From Camelus dromedarius (lineage: Eukaryota), in assembly GCF_036321535.1 (NCBI RefSeq), contig NC_087436.1, positions 72,480,001-72,544,000 on the forward strand: DNA of 64,000 nucleotides, read 5' to 3'. This document shows positions 38,545 to 50,590 of the stretch, piece by piece. The notes beneath the pieces were generated by a model. The model was not told where the DNA came from. It searched no databases and worked only from the letters and a program-made list of their open reading frames with translations. The stretch's first letter is position 1; each line of letters begins with the position of its first letter. The position numbers and the translations under genes were made by a program.

Positions 38545-39279
38545 CTAGCCATCGTTAGCTGGTACTGTTGAAATAACATTTGAAATGAGTTGTGAAAATA
38601 GATGGTGATGTAAGATCTCTGTAGAGTACCTTTCAAACTGGAATGGAAAAATAGTGAGTAGAACTTACTGTATCTTACACCTTTCCAAGTCATATACAGA
38701 TAAAATGAATCAATGAAACCAAGAAAAAATAAAAAGAAAGCTCAAGATAGCCTTTCATATTTGGAGTTGATGAGATATCACTTTGTGAACAGCACTTTAC
38801 AGTTTACCACAACCCTGAGGAATATGATTTATTACCATCCTTTTCATCCTTCCTTCCTCTCTGCCTCCTTCCCTCTCTTCCTTCACTCTCCCTCCATTTT
38901 CCAAGTTGTTTTCACTCCACTCCACTCACCTTCAGCAGAATCCTGTTTTATTTCCATAATCTCATGCTGTTTATAGTACTTGAAATACAAAAAGATGCTG
39001 CTCAAGAAGATATTCGTTTGGAGAAGTCTGGTAAGCAGTCTCTAAGGTGAAAGGGTAAATCCTGGCAGGATTTCATCCAGAGATGCCGCCATGTGCTACT
39101 TTTGTTCTTCTGCTTGATCAGAAATGACCAAGTGCAGTTGGCTTCTTCCTTAGGAACAAAATATTTTGTATATTTTTTAAAGCCATGACAACCAAAACAT
39201 TACATGTATCAACCTTTGTCATACTCGAGGACGAAGTTCAAGTATTTCCCAGTGTTTTACGACTCTGTTTTGCTTTCAG

Positions 39280-39405
39280 GTATTCCGAAGTTGATTACAT
39301 CTGATATGGTTAAAGAAGGCGCTGCTGTCATTGATGTGGGTATCAACTACGTCCATGATCCAGTGACAGGAAAGACAAAATTAGTTGGAGATGTGGACTT
39401 TGAAG
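39280..39405 (+). CDS. MTHFD2L: MTHFD2L penultimate coding exon, 126 nt, phase 1-1
   Basis: ttttgctttcag|GT ATT CCG ... TTT GAA G|gtaata. Encodes (G)[41 protein letters not shown], with the VIDVG and LVGDVDF family motifs. Confidence 0.97.
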
Positions 39406-39567
39406 GTAATAAATTATATCTCTTTTGATAAGTGAAAGAAAAAACAGATTCTACTTCGCATGTTTTGATAGAAGAAAGAGAAACTTTCTATTTGATGGGG
39501 GCACTATTAAGTTATTAATCATTCCACCTCTTCCCTCTGAGGGAAAAGAGTTTAATCATACTTATTT

Positions 39568-39680
39568 GCTTCCTTCCTTCCTTCCTTCCTTTCTCTTGAC
39601 TTCCTTCCTTTACTCCTGCCTTCCTGCTTTCTTACCTTCTTTCTGTCCTTCCTTCTATCCTTCCTTTCTTCCTTCGATCC
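39568..39680. repeat. (CTTC)n simple repeat
   Basis: Degenerate cttccttc tract. Confidence 0.85.
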
Positions 39681-40719
39681 ATTCTTGGGAGAAAAACATA
39701 ATTGCACCATTAATACTTGAAGAGTAAATTCTTTGTAATGCAGTTTTTTTTAGTGAAAGAATTCGGCCAGCCTTTTATAGTCGGCATTATTTTGACATGT
39801 TGGAATATATCTGTGTCCTTCACCATCCATGCTCTCTACTCAGTCATTCCTCTCAGAGCCAGAAGTCATCGTAGGGTGTGTTTGCTAACCCAACTATATT
39901 TTAGATCCAGACAGTTACCTGGATAATTCAACATTCTTCACCTGTGTTTTAAAGAGGATGAGAAAGAGAAGGTAGGCTACCATTTCAACGGCCAGTAAAG
40001 GAGATAAAGCAGCCAATGTGTAGTAATAAAAAAACCAATTCTAACCAATGCCTTATCTCTACAGATGAGGAAACTGAGGACCAAGACAGACATATTTTTT
40101 GATGCTGACCCCTAATCCAATTTTACTTCCAATATCTTTGTCAGATACTTACTTGCATTCAGGTTTTCAAAATAATCTAGGAATCTTAAATGTCTAATAA
40201 AATATGCATCTAATAAAGTGGAGATATTTTCATATTAGAAATATTGTGTATATTAGGTTCACCATTACAGCCAAAAAAGCAAGGCCATGCAAGAACTCCA
40301 TTAGTCATTAGTGTGTCTTTACAGACAAACTGAAGGGGAAAATAGTGCAATTTTCAAAATAATTCAAATTTGACATTACCTCTTGGAATCTGGTCATCAG
40401 CTGATGGTTTACCCAATTCCTAGCATGGTGTGAAATACAGTTGAACATGCAGGAGCTCAGAAGTGTCTTTCTGAATAGGGTATTGGCCCCAAGTATGCGA
40501 GCTTCTAAGGTGCATCAAGGACCAGATCTAGTGGGCAATCTGAGCCTGGCGCTAAAAAGAAAAGGAAAACCTGAGGACAAAATACTCTAGGGACAGAATG
40601 GTTAAGAGAACAAATACAGATGGACCTTATCAAAGAGCACACTCCTGCCCTTACAGGCTGTCATTTCCAGGGCCTTGCTAGGGATCAAGCTTCCAGCCTA
40701 GCAGGGAGTGCCCTCCAAG

Positions 40720-40722
<3 letters not shown>

Positions 40723-40766
<44 letters not shown>
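40723..40766. repeat. (GT)n microsatellite
   Basis: About 22 GT units. Confidence 0.95.
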
Positions 40767-40767
<1 letters not shown>

Positions 40768-42880
40768 TGTATCTGTATCTGTGTGTCATGCTTACATGCT
40801 CACCTCTCTAGGATATGACCTTGTTTCTTTATTTCATTTTCATGTTCAGTCACTAATGTGAGATATCAATAATTTACTTGAATTTCTCAACTTGAAAGAG
40901 TAAGGATGCATTTCATTTTAAAACCTGACCTTATTAGTTTTTGCACTGTCATTCTTCTTCTTGCTTGCATTATAGTTACCATGTGTTTACTGCAAAATCA
41001 CCACACACTTACGATGCACCGGGATGACACAGACAGAACATGATAAGCAGCTCAAGGCGGGAAAAGCAGGGCTGTCTGAACTGCACAACCTTGATTGTGC
41101 TTGTGGGGCAAGCTTACCCTGCAGTTGGCAATATTTTATAAGACCCTTCTCTCATATGATATTTCACTGGTCTCAGATCACTTCCATACATTCTTACACT
41201 TAGCTAAGAATTTTTTTTCTCATAAGGGTATTATGAAAATATTAAAAAATGAGCTTTTGGGGGTGGGTACATATGCTAAGTCACAGATAAGCAATCCCTT
41301 GGTAGTATCTGTTAAATTAAATTGCAGTTATGTGTATCTAAGTATATAGTGAAACAAAAAAAGGAAATGATCAAGAGAAACAAGATGCAAGATGAATAGG
41401 AAAGAGCGCTGGACTGGGAGACTGGAGAGATGCTTTCAGATTTAGTATTGGAACACTATAACTTTGCAACCTCTCTGGCCATCTATGTTGTTATCAGTTA
41501 AATGATAGCAATGATAGCATGGCTCCTTCCAGCTCTAATACTTAGTGCATCCTGAACATTCAGCTGAATGCTACCAAGTGATTGTGTAAAAACACTGCAA
41601 CCTTCGGAAAGGCAGGTTTTTCTGATCCTATCATAAAATACGCCCATGTGATTGATAATATTACTCTTGTTGCCCTGCTGGTTCCTGGAGCCAGAGCCCT
41701 GAGGAAGACCTGGACTTGGTAGAGAAGGTCTTGCCGGCGAGGCCATGACTCAGCCACCCAGAGGAGCACACGAGTGATAGGTTTTGACATGTTGCTCTTC
41801 AGGTTGTTCATCAGGACTTAACCTGAGTGCGGGCTGATCCCTCAGCTGAGAGGGAGGAACTGCAGCGTGGGTTATGCCACAAAACTTATTGGTAGCGTTT
41901 GGCTGCAAGTTGCCACAGGGGAAGTGTGGCTGCTGAGTATCGGTGGAAGTTTCACTCTAACTATAGCCCAGATGGATACACCAGATAAAGGTAAAACGCA
42001 GGGCTGAAGTACACTGTCCTCGCAGAAGTCTTTGGCTCACTAATAAAGGAAACTGGATGACCTGTTTCAAGCAGATTACTTTGATGGGAATAATTCTTAA
42101 AGATTAGTTCCATCTGTGACCCTACTTGGGCACTCTTGGAAATATGTAAAGAATGGCAAATTATTTCACAAATGCAATGATCTGTAAAACCAGGAGTCAT
42201 TTTATCTCTTATATAGATGCCCATTTGTAATCTAAGAAAATATAGATGCCCATTTGTAATCTTCATTCTTAGAAGTTTTGGCTTCAATTTTGAATCAGGC
42301 TTCTCTCTAAAAAGAGCGATATTTTACATCAAATACAGCATGATGGTTGCATCACCACTTACTATTGTTCTTGACAAAAAAAGAGACGTAAACACATCCT
42401 AAATATTTCCCTTTGACTTTAACGTCAGTGTTTTGTTTTGGTTTAGATATAATTTCCTCTCGACCACATCTTCCTTCACCTGCTAGGGTTTCCTGCTCTT
42501 ATTTCCTGCTCTCACAGTTAGTGTTTATAAAGTGTTACGGGGCGCTAGTATTGTTTTCAGCCTTTTATATAAGATAACCCTGTAAGTAGATATTCTTTAA
42601 CTTTGAGTTCTGATGATAACCCTAAAAGGTAGGTAATGTTATTATCCTCTATTTTACAGAGGCACCAGAGCCTGGGCATCTTGCCTGAAATGACACAGTA
42701 TGGGGTGCCGTGGGTTCATAGGCACCTGTAATCTCTACCCTCTATTATCTCTACTATCCTATACGTCACTTGGTTAATAGTTCCCTTTTAGAACATGAGG
42801 TTATTTCTTTATTCCCTCTCCCCTCACTCCCAGATATGTATAATAGCAGTTTTTAAAGTGCCTGAACAACAGTGTTGGTA

Positions 42881-43877
42881 CACAACAGTCCTCCCTTCAC
42901 ATGGTTCTGATATACACAAATCTGTTACCACGGTGTAGCTAGATAGCACCAGTCTCCCAGTAAAGGGATTCAGATGTCAGTTAGCATGGTGTATTAACTG
43001 TCATCACATAAAGTGCAAGCTTCTCTGCTCTCTCTTCAGTGCATAAATCATTATGTCAGTAGCAAATGTGCATCATGGTCTGTGACCGATCACATATCAC
43101 TTCTTTCAAAACCTCTTGGTGATTGGTCATGGCACATCCATTATTCTGTTCAGACAACACTGACTCCTTGTCTCTTGGTGATAAACCACATGACATTTTA
43201 CAAAATTAGATCACGGAAAGAGGGAATTGCCAGCAAAGAAATGAAAAGTGCTAATGCTGAAAGTAAAATTTGGAATATTGACAATGCCACCATTTGGCAT
43301 TTGAGAGACTCCAGCTACACTGCTAGACAAGCTTAGTGAAGGTGAACTAGTTGACATAAATGAGGAGAGTGGTTGTGACTGAAAGGATGATGATGCCCCA
43401 GAGGAAGGGACGCTGGCAGAAAACTCTACATTAAAGGGACTCTCAGAGATCTGTCATGACATTGAAAGGGCAGACAGAATGTTGGAAGCAGAACTAAATT
43501 TGGAAGGAATCTTACAATTCATCAATCACAAAAAAGATGCTAGCCCCATACCATAAGGAGTATGATCAGAGGAAGACAGGCACCAGTCAGACTACTCTGC
43601 ATAAGATTTTTACAAATAAATAAAGCACTTTAATTCTCAAGGTGTCTTATGTTTTAAATTATGGCATAATAAATAAATACTACTTTTACTATTACTTTCA
43701 ATTCTTATACATTTATAAACAATAGTAAGAGAGTTTTTAATGTTTTGACCAAAATTTTTTAAAGGTCATTGAACAAACGTAATTTCCCCTATTGATTATT
43801 AAGATTGCTTTGCACAATTTCAACTCACACAGTCATTTTTCTGGTCTTACATTACTATAAAAAGTGAGCACTGCCTG
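42881..43877 (+). mobile_element. TcMar-Tigger DNA transposon (non-autonomous)
   Basis: TA-flanked imperfect TIRs (cacaacagtcctccct / agtgagcactgcctg); internal acataaatgaggagagtggttgtga and ttaaagggactctcagagatctgtcatgacattgaa are typical of Tigger elements. Confidence 0.75.
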
Positions 43878-45606
43878 TATTTATCTGTATATCCAATAAA
43901 ATTCGTGAAATCAGCGGTCATGTAGTTCAAATCCATATCCAACGTCATAATCACTTCTACTGCATGCTTATTGGGTTGTGTTTGATTACGATTTCTCAGT
44001 GTTACTACCCATGTGGGTTGTGCATTGTTGGAGGTATTCTTTGCATAACATCTTTTCTAGGAAACCACACTGGTGCTTTTCCTTAAAGTAGATCCAAGCT
44101 AGGTTTTCTCTGCAACACAATTCCTTTTTGGGTGCTTTGAGGAGTTAATAATGCCTTAAGGTTATTGCTAAATTATAGTGCTATTTTGTCTTATATTGAT
44201 CCTCTGCTGTAGAACTCAAGACAGATCGTCATTGCTTCCAGCATCTGACAGATGCTTACTATGCCCGTTCAGCTACTTGAACATCGCACCCCTGTCTAAT
44301 TGGACATTAAAAGAAGAAATGGTTTTTTAAAACATCAGTGATAAAATCATTTTGTATGTCTAAAAATCATTTTTCATTATGAATAATCATAAAATAATCT
44401 TCTGAAAAATTTGGATTTTCTATGTAGATGTTTTTCAAAAAAACCCACAGTGAGACATACCCACTTTCCCCTGGAATTTCTTTTAATTGTTTTCTATTGG
44501 TAACTTTGAAAGGAAATTCATACATTTACAACAAAGAAGGCTGTATTCTCATGAAATAGAAACAAGAGATGATGTGATGGAAGTTATAAATAACAAACTA
44601 GAAAGCGGTCTGTGGGCCAGGACTCAGAAGCTCATACTCACAATGCCTTCAGAACAGCCCTTCACTGAGTGGATATTGTCAACTGAACAATCTGATCACT
44701 GACTTCCCATGCTGTTACTTCAGCTAAGCTTGTTCACATTGGTGAACATTCAGGCCTCATTTACACCTTGTAGGTAATACACAGATGTGTCTGTAATTTG
44801 GGGGAGCTTTAATAACTTCACTTCCGTTTTGTGATGAATTCTGCAGGGACTGAGGTAGAATGAAAGGAACTGAACTGTCTGCTCAATGTTCCGTCGCTTC
44901 TCTCCTCCCTGCCTCCATCCCTGACCACACCTCTCCTCCCACTGGTCTGTACCAAAGCAGGGAGTGAGATAATGCTGGGAAGAACTGGTGAGAAGAAGCA
45001 AAGAGACAGGAAGGAGGAACAACGTGTAGGCATTTTTCTCAGAACCAGAACAGGTGGGGTTAAGGGCTAAGAATGATGCTCTTTGCTGACTTAGACCTAT
45101 AGAATAGTAAATAGAAATTATAGAGATAAGTCGAAAGGCACATTATATTGTTGATGAAGCTGATTTAAATTATAAAAACAAAGAAGCCACTTTTTATGGA
45201 AAAGAATGTCTAATCTTCTAACAGAACTGATTTTTTTTTTGCTGTTGTTGCTTCCAGATAGTTTGTGTATGCATATTTTACATACTTTGAGGAATACATG
45301 ACTTCTGCACTTACATTTTTGTCATTTATGTTCCATGCTGAGATTCTAGTTCATGGTTATGTTTAGTGACTGTATCATGGTTTGCTTCTTTCTCTTGTTA
45401 AATGCTTAAATTATTTTCCCCCTTTCCCCTCTAAGTATTATACAAGAGGATAGGTTAAGCTGCTATGACAAAGAGACACCAAAATACATAAACTCAAACA
45501 GGGTAGTTTAGCTTGCTCCCATAGAAGTCTGGAGTTGGGCAGGCCGCCAAGGGAGTTACGCAGCCCTGCTTCATCCCGGGCTACTGGTTTCATCCACCTT
45601 ACTGTT

Positions 45607-46538
45607 TGTATTAGTTCGACAGAAGTGTTGTAACTAAGCACCACAGACCGGTGTCTTAAATAAAAGAAATTTATTTAATACAATTCTGGATACTACAAGT
45701 TAGAGATCAAGGCGTTGCCAGGGTTATTTCTTCTAATGCCTCTTTTCTTGGTTTATAGATAGATGGTCGTCTGCTTCCTGTATCTTCACTTCTATACAGG
45801 TTTATATCCATATTTTCTCTTCTTTTTTTTTTGTAATGAAAAAAAATTTTTTAGTTGTCTCTTACCTTTAATTAGCATCTAAATAGATAACATGTTCTAG
45901 AATTATACTATGGAAATATCTATGAACCAAATAGATAAAATTTCTGTCAAATGCCTGGGAAAGAATGGTGTCAGTCAGATTCACCCAAGGTGTTAGCAGC
46001 AGCATCTATGCAGCCAGGGTGTGGTCAGTGTTTGGGGATGGAGGTAAATATCCACAACCCATGCATGCCTTTGGTTTCTTTTAGTGCCTGATTTACCATC
46101 TGGTGATGCGGGCAGTTTTCTTCTCCTTAAATTCTTGACTCAATCTGAATCTCATACATTGCCCCATAACCTCCTGAAACATCAGTGACTTTGATAGCTG
46201 TAGCTCGGGGAAACTTTTCTTTGAGAATTTGGGTCACTCTGAGTGCCCCCTCAGCTTGCAAGGCAAACATCTGCTGGGCACAGAGAAGAGGAAGCCCCAG
46301 TCCCGTGGAGCAGAGGCACTGCCGTGGCCGAGCTCCGTGCCGCCATGCCTGGGTGATGCCCAAACTTCCTCTTCTTGGAAGGACATCAGTCATATTGGAT
46401 GAGGGCCCACCCCAAGGGCTTCATTTTAACTCAGTTACCTCTTTAAAGATCCTCTCTCCAAATACACTGACATTCTGAGGTACTGAGGTTAAGACTTCAA
46501 CATACACATTTTGAGGGGACACAATTCAGCCCATAACA
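45607..46538 (-). mobile_element. MLT1B/C-like LTR, split by the BOLA3 retrocopy
   Basis: tgtattagtt.. start and ..gggacacaattcagcccataaca end; the aaggacatcagtcatattggatgagggcccaccc core resumes after the retrocopy. Confidence 0.85.
45824..46359 (-). pseudogene. BOLA3: Processed BOLA3 pseudogene (retrocopy)
   Basis: Intronless; ATG at 46346, TGA at 46027-46025. Across frames it reads MAARSSATAVPLL..MFALQAEGALRVTQILKEKFPRATAIKVTDVSGGYGAMYEIQIES..HQMVNQALKETKGMHGLWIFTSIPKH*. Frameshifts, a poly(A) remnant (T run 45823-45832) and a 13/16 TSD (45808-45823 and 46360-46375). Confidence 0.92.
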
Positions 46539-48109
46539 TGTTCCACTTGAGCATTATTGGATGACAGTTGAATTACCTCCTCATACATGGTTTCTTCCAT
46601 GGGAAGGTGAAAGAGAGACAGTCAGGTGACTTCACCTTTAAAAAAATTGAACTGGAAGTTGCATATATCATTTCTGCTAGCACCCTATTGACCTGAACAT
46701 GTGACACGTGGCCACTCCTATGTGGGAGTGAAAAAGCTATGGAATCCGTGGTCTCTAGATGGGAGACCAAACTTGGCTGAATAATGATCCATTCTGTACA
46801 TAAGAACTTGAAGACCAATCTCTTACTTGGGGAAAAAAAAGAGAGACAGAGAGAAAGTGATTTCTTCACCCAGCATCCATATACCATTCAGTCTTCTCTG
46901 AATTCATTCCATTGTGAAAACCTCAGGAACAATCTCATTATTGTCTGCTTGCTTTTCAGTCAGTTTCAAAACATGACCTGCTTTTTAACTCTTTCCTATG
47001 AGGTTAATGGATGCCTAGTGTCAGCAAAGGTGTATCTTGGCTCAGTTCTTACAGTATTAACTCTGAACTCTCTGTAAGTGAAAGGTATTTAGATTTGCAA
47101 TAGAATTTCTGTAGTTAGTACAGCCTCATCAAAATATCTTTAGTTATAACTACATTCATTTTTATTATTCAATCATTGGTAGAGACTAGACATTTTTTGA
47201 CTACTGCACGCAATGTCAAAAATTATATCGTCTTTTTGTGGCTTCCATTTTTCACATCACCACCTTACTGACCTTATTTTCAGTCTCTTGATCATGACTG
47301 ATGTTTTCAGTAGCCATTCAAATTCACTAGGCCATATCTTTTATTGAAATGTATGTCAAGCAGTACGTCTAGGAATCAGAAAACTAACAGAGGGAGCAGG
47401 TCTAGAGACCAGCCTTGGCCCAGACACCATCTGCACCGTGTCCTGACAAGGAAAGGCATATGACTTATCATTTATTTTGACTGGAGAGAAAGAGAGACTC
47501 ACAAAGTGAGATGCAGCAGGAGAGCAGGAGGCCCTCAGAGTGGTATGCAGGGAGGGGAACCAGCCAGGGTTGGGTCCGCAAGCTACTCGCTGCACCTGCT
47601 GGCCTCACCATGGCACACGAACTGGTACCAGATGACCTGCCTCCCAAGAAAGGGCTCCCAGGGTGTCCCAGGCTGGGCTGGGGTGAATCTGGAACATCAG
47701 ACAAATGGGGTAGCTACAGAGGGTAGGTCAGCCAAGGCTGAATTGGGCCATGTCAGCCAAGAGGTGGACTGGGGACACAGGGTAGGAGTCTGACTCAGAC
47801 TCAGGGCCCCTGGCCTGGGGAGACGGGGCTGTTGCCACTGCCACGAGTCTCTCCTGAGACCAAGGGCCAGGCCTGGACACAGCCGATCGAGTCCCCAGTA
47901 GGAGGGCAGTGGTACTTCAACACAGCCCAGAGCAAGAAGGCCTGGGTCATACTTGCAAGGAGCTGGGGACAAGTCTATGAGAAAGCCTTGGCTACTGTTC
48001 TCAGGCCTAGGGCTGCACAGGGTCCCTAAGACCCACGCTTCTTCTGGTCCAAGTACTAAGGTTTTTGTGTGTGTGCCCAGCCCTGGGCATACTTAGAGGT
48101 AGCAACAGG

Positions 48110-48490
48110 GGTGCCACATCATGAATGGCCTTAAAGACCATGGAACGGAATTTGAATTTTACTCTAAGTGCAGTGGAAAGCCATTGGAGGATCTAGGACA
48201 AAGAAATGACATTTAACTTGCATTTTAACAGGATCACCCTGGTTTTCTGAGTGGCAAATAGACCTTAGAGAGCTAAGGGTACAAATACGGTACCTTGTAA
48301 GAGCCTATTGTAATTATGCAATAAGAAATTATCTGAGATGGGGCGTGGACCAGGGTGGTAATGAGTGAAAGTATTAAGAGGTGGTTAGATGGTAGATATA
48401 ATTTAAAGGGAGAGTTAGAGTGACTGGCTAAATGATTAGATATAAAAGAAAGAGGAGAATCATTTATGACTCTAAGAGTTTTCAAATAGG
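48110..48490 (-). mobile_element. L2 fragment
   Basis: gaatttgaattttactctaagtgcagtggaaagccattggagg..ggatcaccctgg. Confidence 0.65.
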
Positions 48491-49104
48491 CAAGAGTGAA
48501 GGTACTTGTTCTAGAATCCTTTCGAGATGAATCTGAAAGGATAAATTTCATCTATATGTGCGTATACAGGACAGAGAGTGGGCAGAGGGAAAAAGGGGCT
48601 CTTTCCATGTGGAGGAAACAGGAGATCAAAGGGAAGGAAGAAAAATTACAAAAGGCCTTATGTACTCAATAATAGGTCCAACACTGTTTGTTGAATGATG
48701 TATGATATTCTAAATAATTGTGATTTGTCCCCAGATTAGCTGGAACTTTGCTTTCTTCAAAAGACTGTCCACTGGACAAGAAATCTCTTCTAGAGCAAAA
48801 GGGAACCTATAATTTGGGATTCCCATCTGATCAGAATTATGCTTCAAAACTCCAACCCAATAGTCAAAACCTGAGGAGAGAAGAGGGTCTAGAATTACAT
48901 AGAAGGTACCAGTCTTCTAAGAAACTACTAGAAAAAACTAAAACTCCTGGCATGCTTTTAAAGCATCTCATCTACATTTTCTCTTCTTTTACTATTGTCA
49001 CCTCCAGATGTCTTGTTTGTGCATAGTACTCTGCATTTGAAACCTGAGAGCTACCTTTTACTCCATGCTGATTATATAAAATGTACGACTCTTCATAAAA
49101 GATT

Positions 49105-49270
49105 ATGATTGGAGTTAGGCTGACTGAAGTTTGAATTCTAGCTCTGTTGCTTAAAACAATTATGATCTTGGCAAATCACTTAACCTCTCTGAGGCTTGAT
49201 TTTATCATTGAAAAACAGATAATAGTATCTATCTTATAGAGTTGTTATGAAGATTAAGTGAAATAATCAC
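49105..49270 (+). mobile_element. MIR
   Basis: gaattctagctctgttgctt..gatcttggcaaatcacttaacctctctgagg..tcttatagagttgttatgaagattaagtgaaataa. Confidence 0.75.
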
Positions 49271-50219
49271 CTCCCATGAGCTAATGTATGTGACTTGCTG
49301 AGAAGACAGTGTATGTGTGTGTCTGTGTGTGCATATTATTCGGCCTTTCTCTTTGTTCCTACTATGGTACTAACCTGAAAGTATATCACTTCACATTTCA
49401 GTTACCACCCTGCTCCTCATTACTTTTCTGGCCTCAACTCTCTTCTGGTCAGGCCTGTTTTCACCCAACACTCATACAAATCAACTTTAAAGCATTCATG
49501 TTTATCCTCATCTTCTCCAAACTCCTGTGGTAGATCTCAATCTGCCCTACTCATTTTGCTCTTAATCCTATACTACCTTGCACTTTTATTTAGTTGTTCC
49601 CTACTAAATTGTCTGCCTCCGTAAGGGAAGCTTCTTGTCCTACATTTCTTCTGTATCTCCATCCCGTACCAGGTCTCAGCCTTCTTAGTCACGTCATTGG
49701 TCATTGGTGTATGATCATCCTCGATACTTACAAATCTCTAGTGTCACTCTTATATTACAGGAGTAATTCCTTAAAATTGCCTTAATGGGAACAAAAGCTC
49801 TCCCTCAAGGTAGCATCCAACACATTATTTATCTACAACAACCCTGATTCAGTAATGATACATCCATTGAGTCATACATTGATTTAATCAGCACATATTT
49901 CTCACTCAACACACCTTCCAGGTACTAAGGATATAGCACGCACAGATAGACAAAGTCCCTGCCCTCATGGAACTTATAGTCTCCAGATTATATGTCAAAG
50001 CAGGCCTCTTCCGGAAGTGGTTTTGCACTGCTTACTCCCAAATGGGTGTTCTACAAGATGGGAAAGTAAGCGCATGTTACCAGTTTCTAAGGAAATAAGA
50101 CTATTTTGGAATGATACCATTTTGAGAGAACTATTAATCTGTGATATTGTAAGGAACCCAATTAAACTGACTCTCTACCAAGTCAGTTTTCAGTGTTAAT
50201 CATTTAATTTGATGATATG

Positions 50220-50590
50220 TGTCTTAGTCAGTTTGGGTTGCTATAACAAATTATAGCTATAGACTGGGTGGTATAAAAAAAAACATTTATTTCTTACAGT
50301 CCTGGACACTGGAAGTCCAAGATCAGGGTGCCATCACAGTCAGATTCTGGTGAGAACCCCCTTCTGAGTTGCAGACAGCTAATTTATCATTGTATCTTTA
50401 CTTGGCACAAAGAGCAAGAGAGCTCTCTGGGGTCTTTTTTTTTTTTTTAAGAGTAGTAATCCCATTCACGAGGGTGGAACCCTTATGACCTAATCACCTC
50501 CAAAAGGCCTCGCCTCCTAATACCATCACACTGGAGTGTAGGATTTCAACATATGAGTTTTGGGGAAACACAAACATTCAGTTTATAACA
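50220..50590 (-). mobile_element. MLT1A-like LTR
   Basis: tgtcttagtcagtttgggttgctataacaaa..ctggaagtccaagatcagggtgcca..aaacattcagtttataaca; TSD atatg/atata. Confidence 0.85.

Larger units (their letters stand above)
45430..46790 (-). mobile_element. Old MLT1(J/K)-like LTR, split by a younger MLT1
   Basis: ggataggttaagctgctatgacaaa on the left; ctggaagttgcatatatcatttctgct..ctattg on the right. Confidence 0.55.

Noticed and set aside
39204..39428. Standalone 74-aa gene
   Set aside because: It is the MTHFD2L exon plus intronic flanks that happen to stay open.
46127..46393. Functional BOLA3-like ORF of 88 aa
   Set aside because: The N-terminus comes from LTR sequence and an out-of-frame leader, the C-terminus is lost by frameshift, and the conserved Cys is replaced by Tyr.
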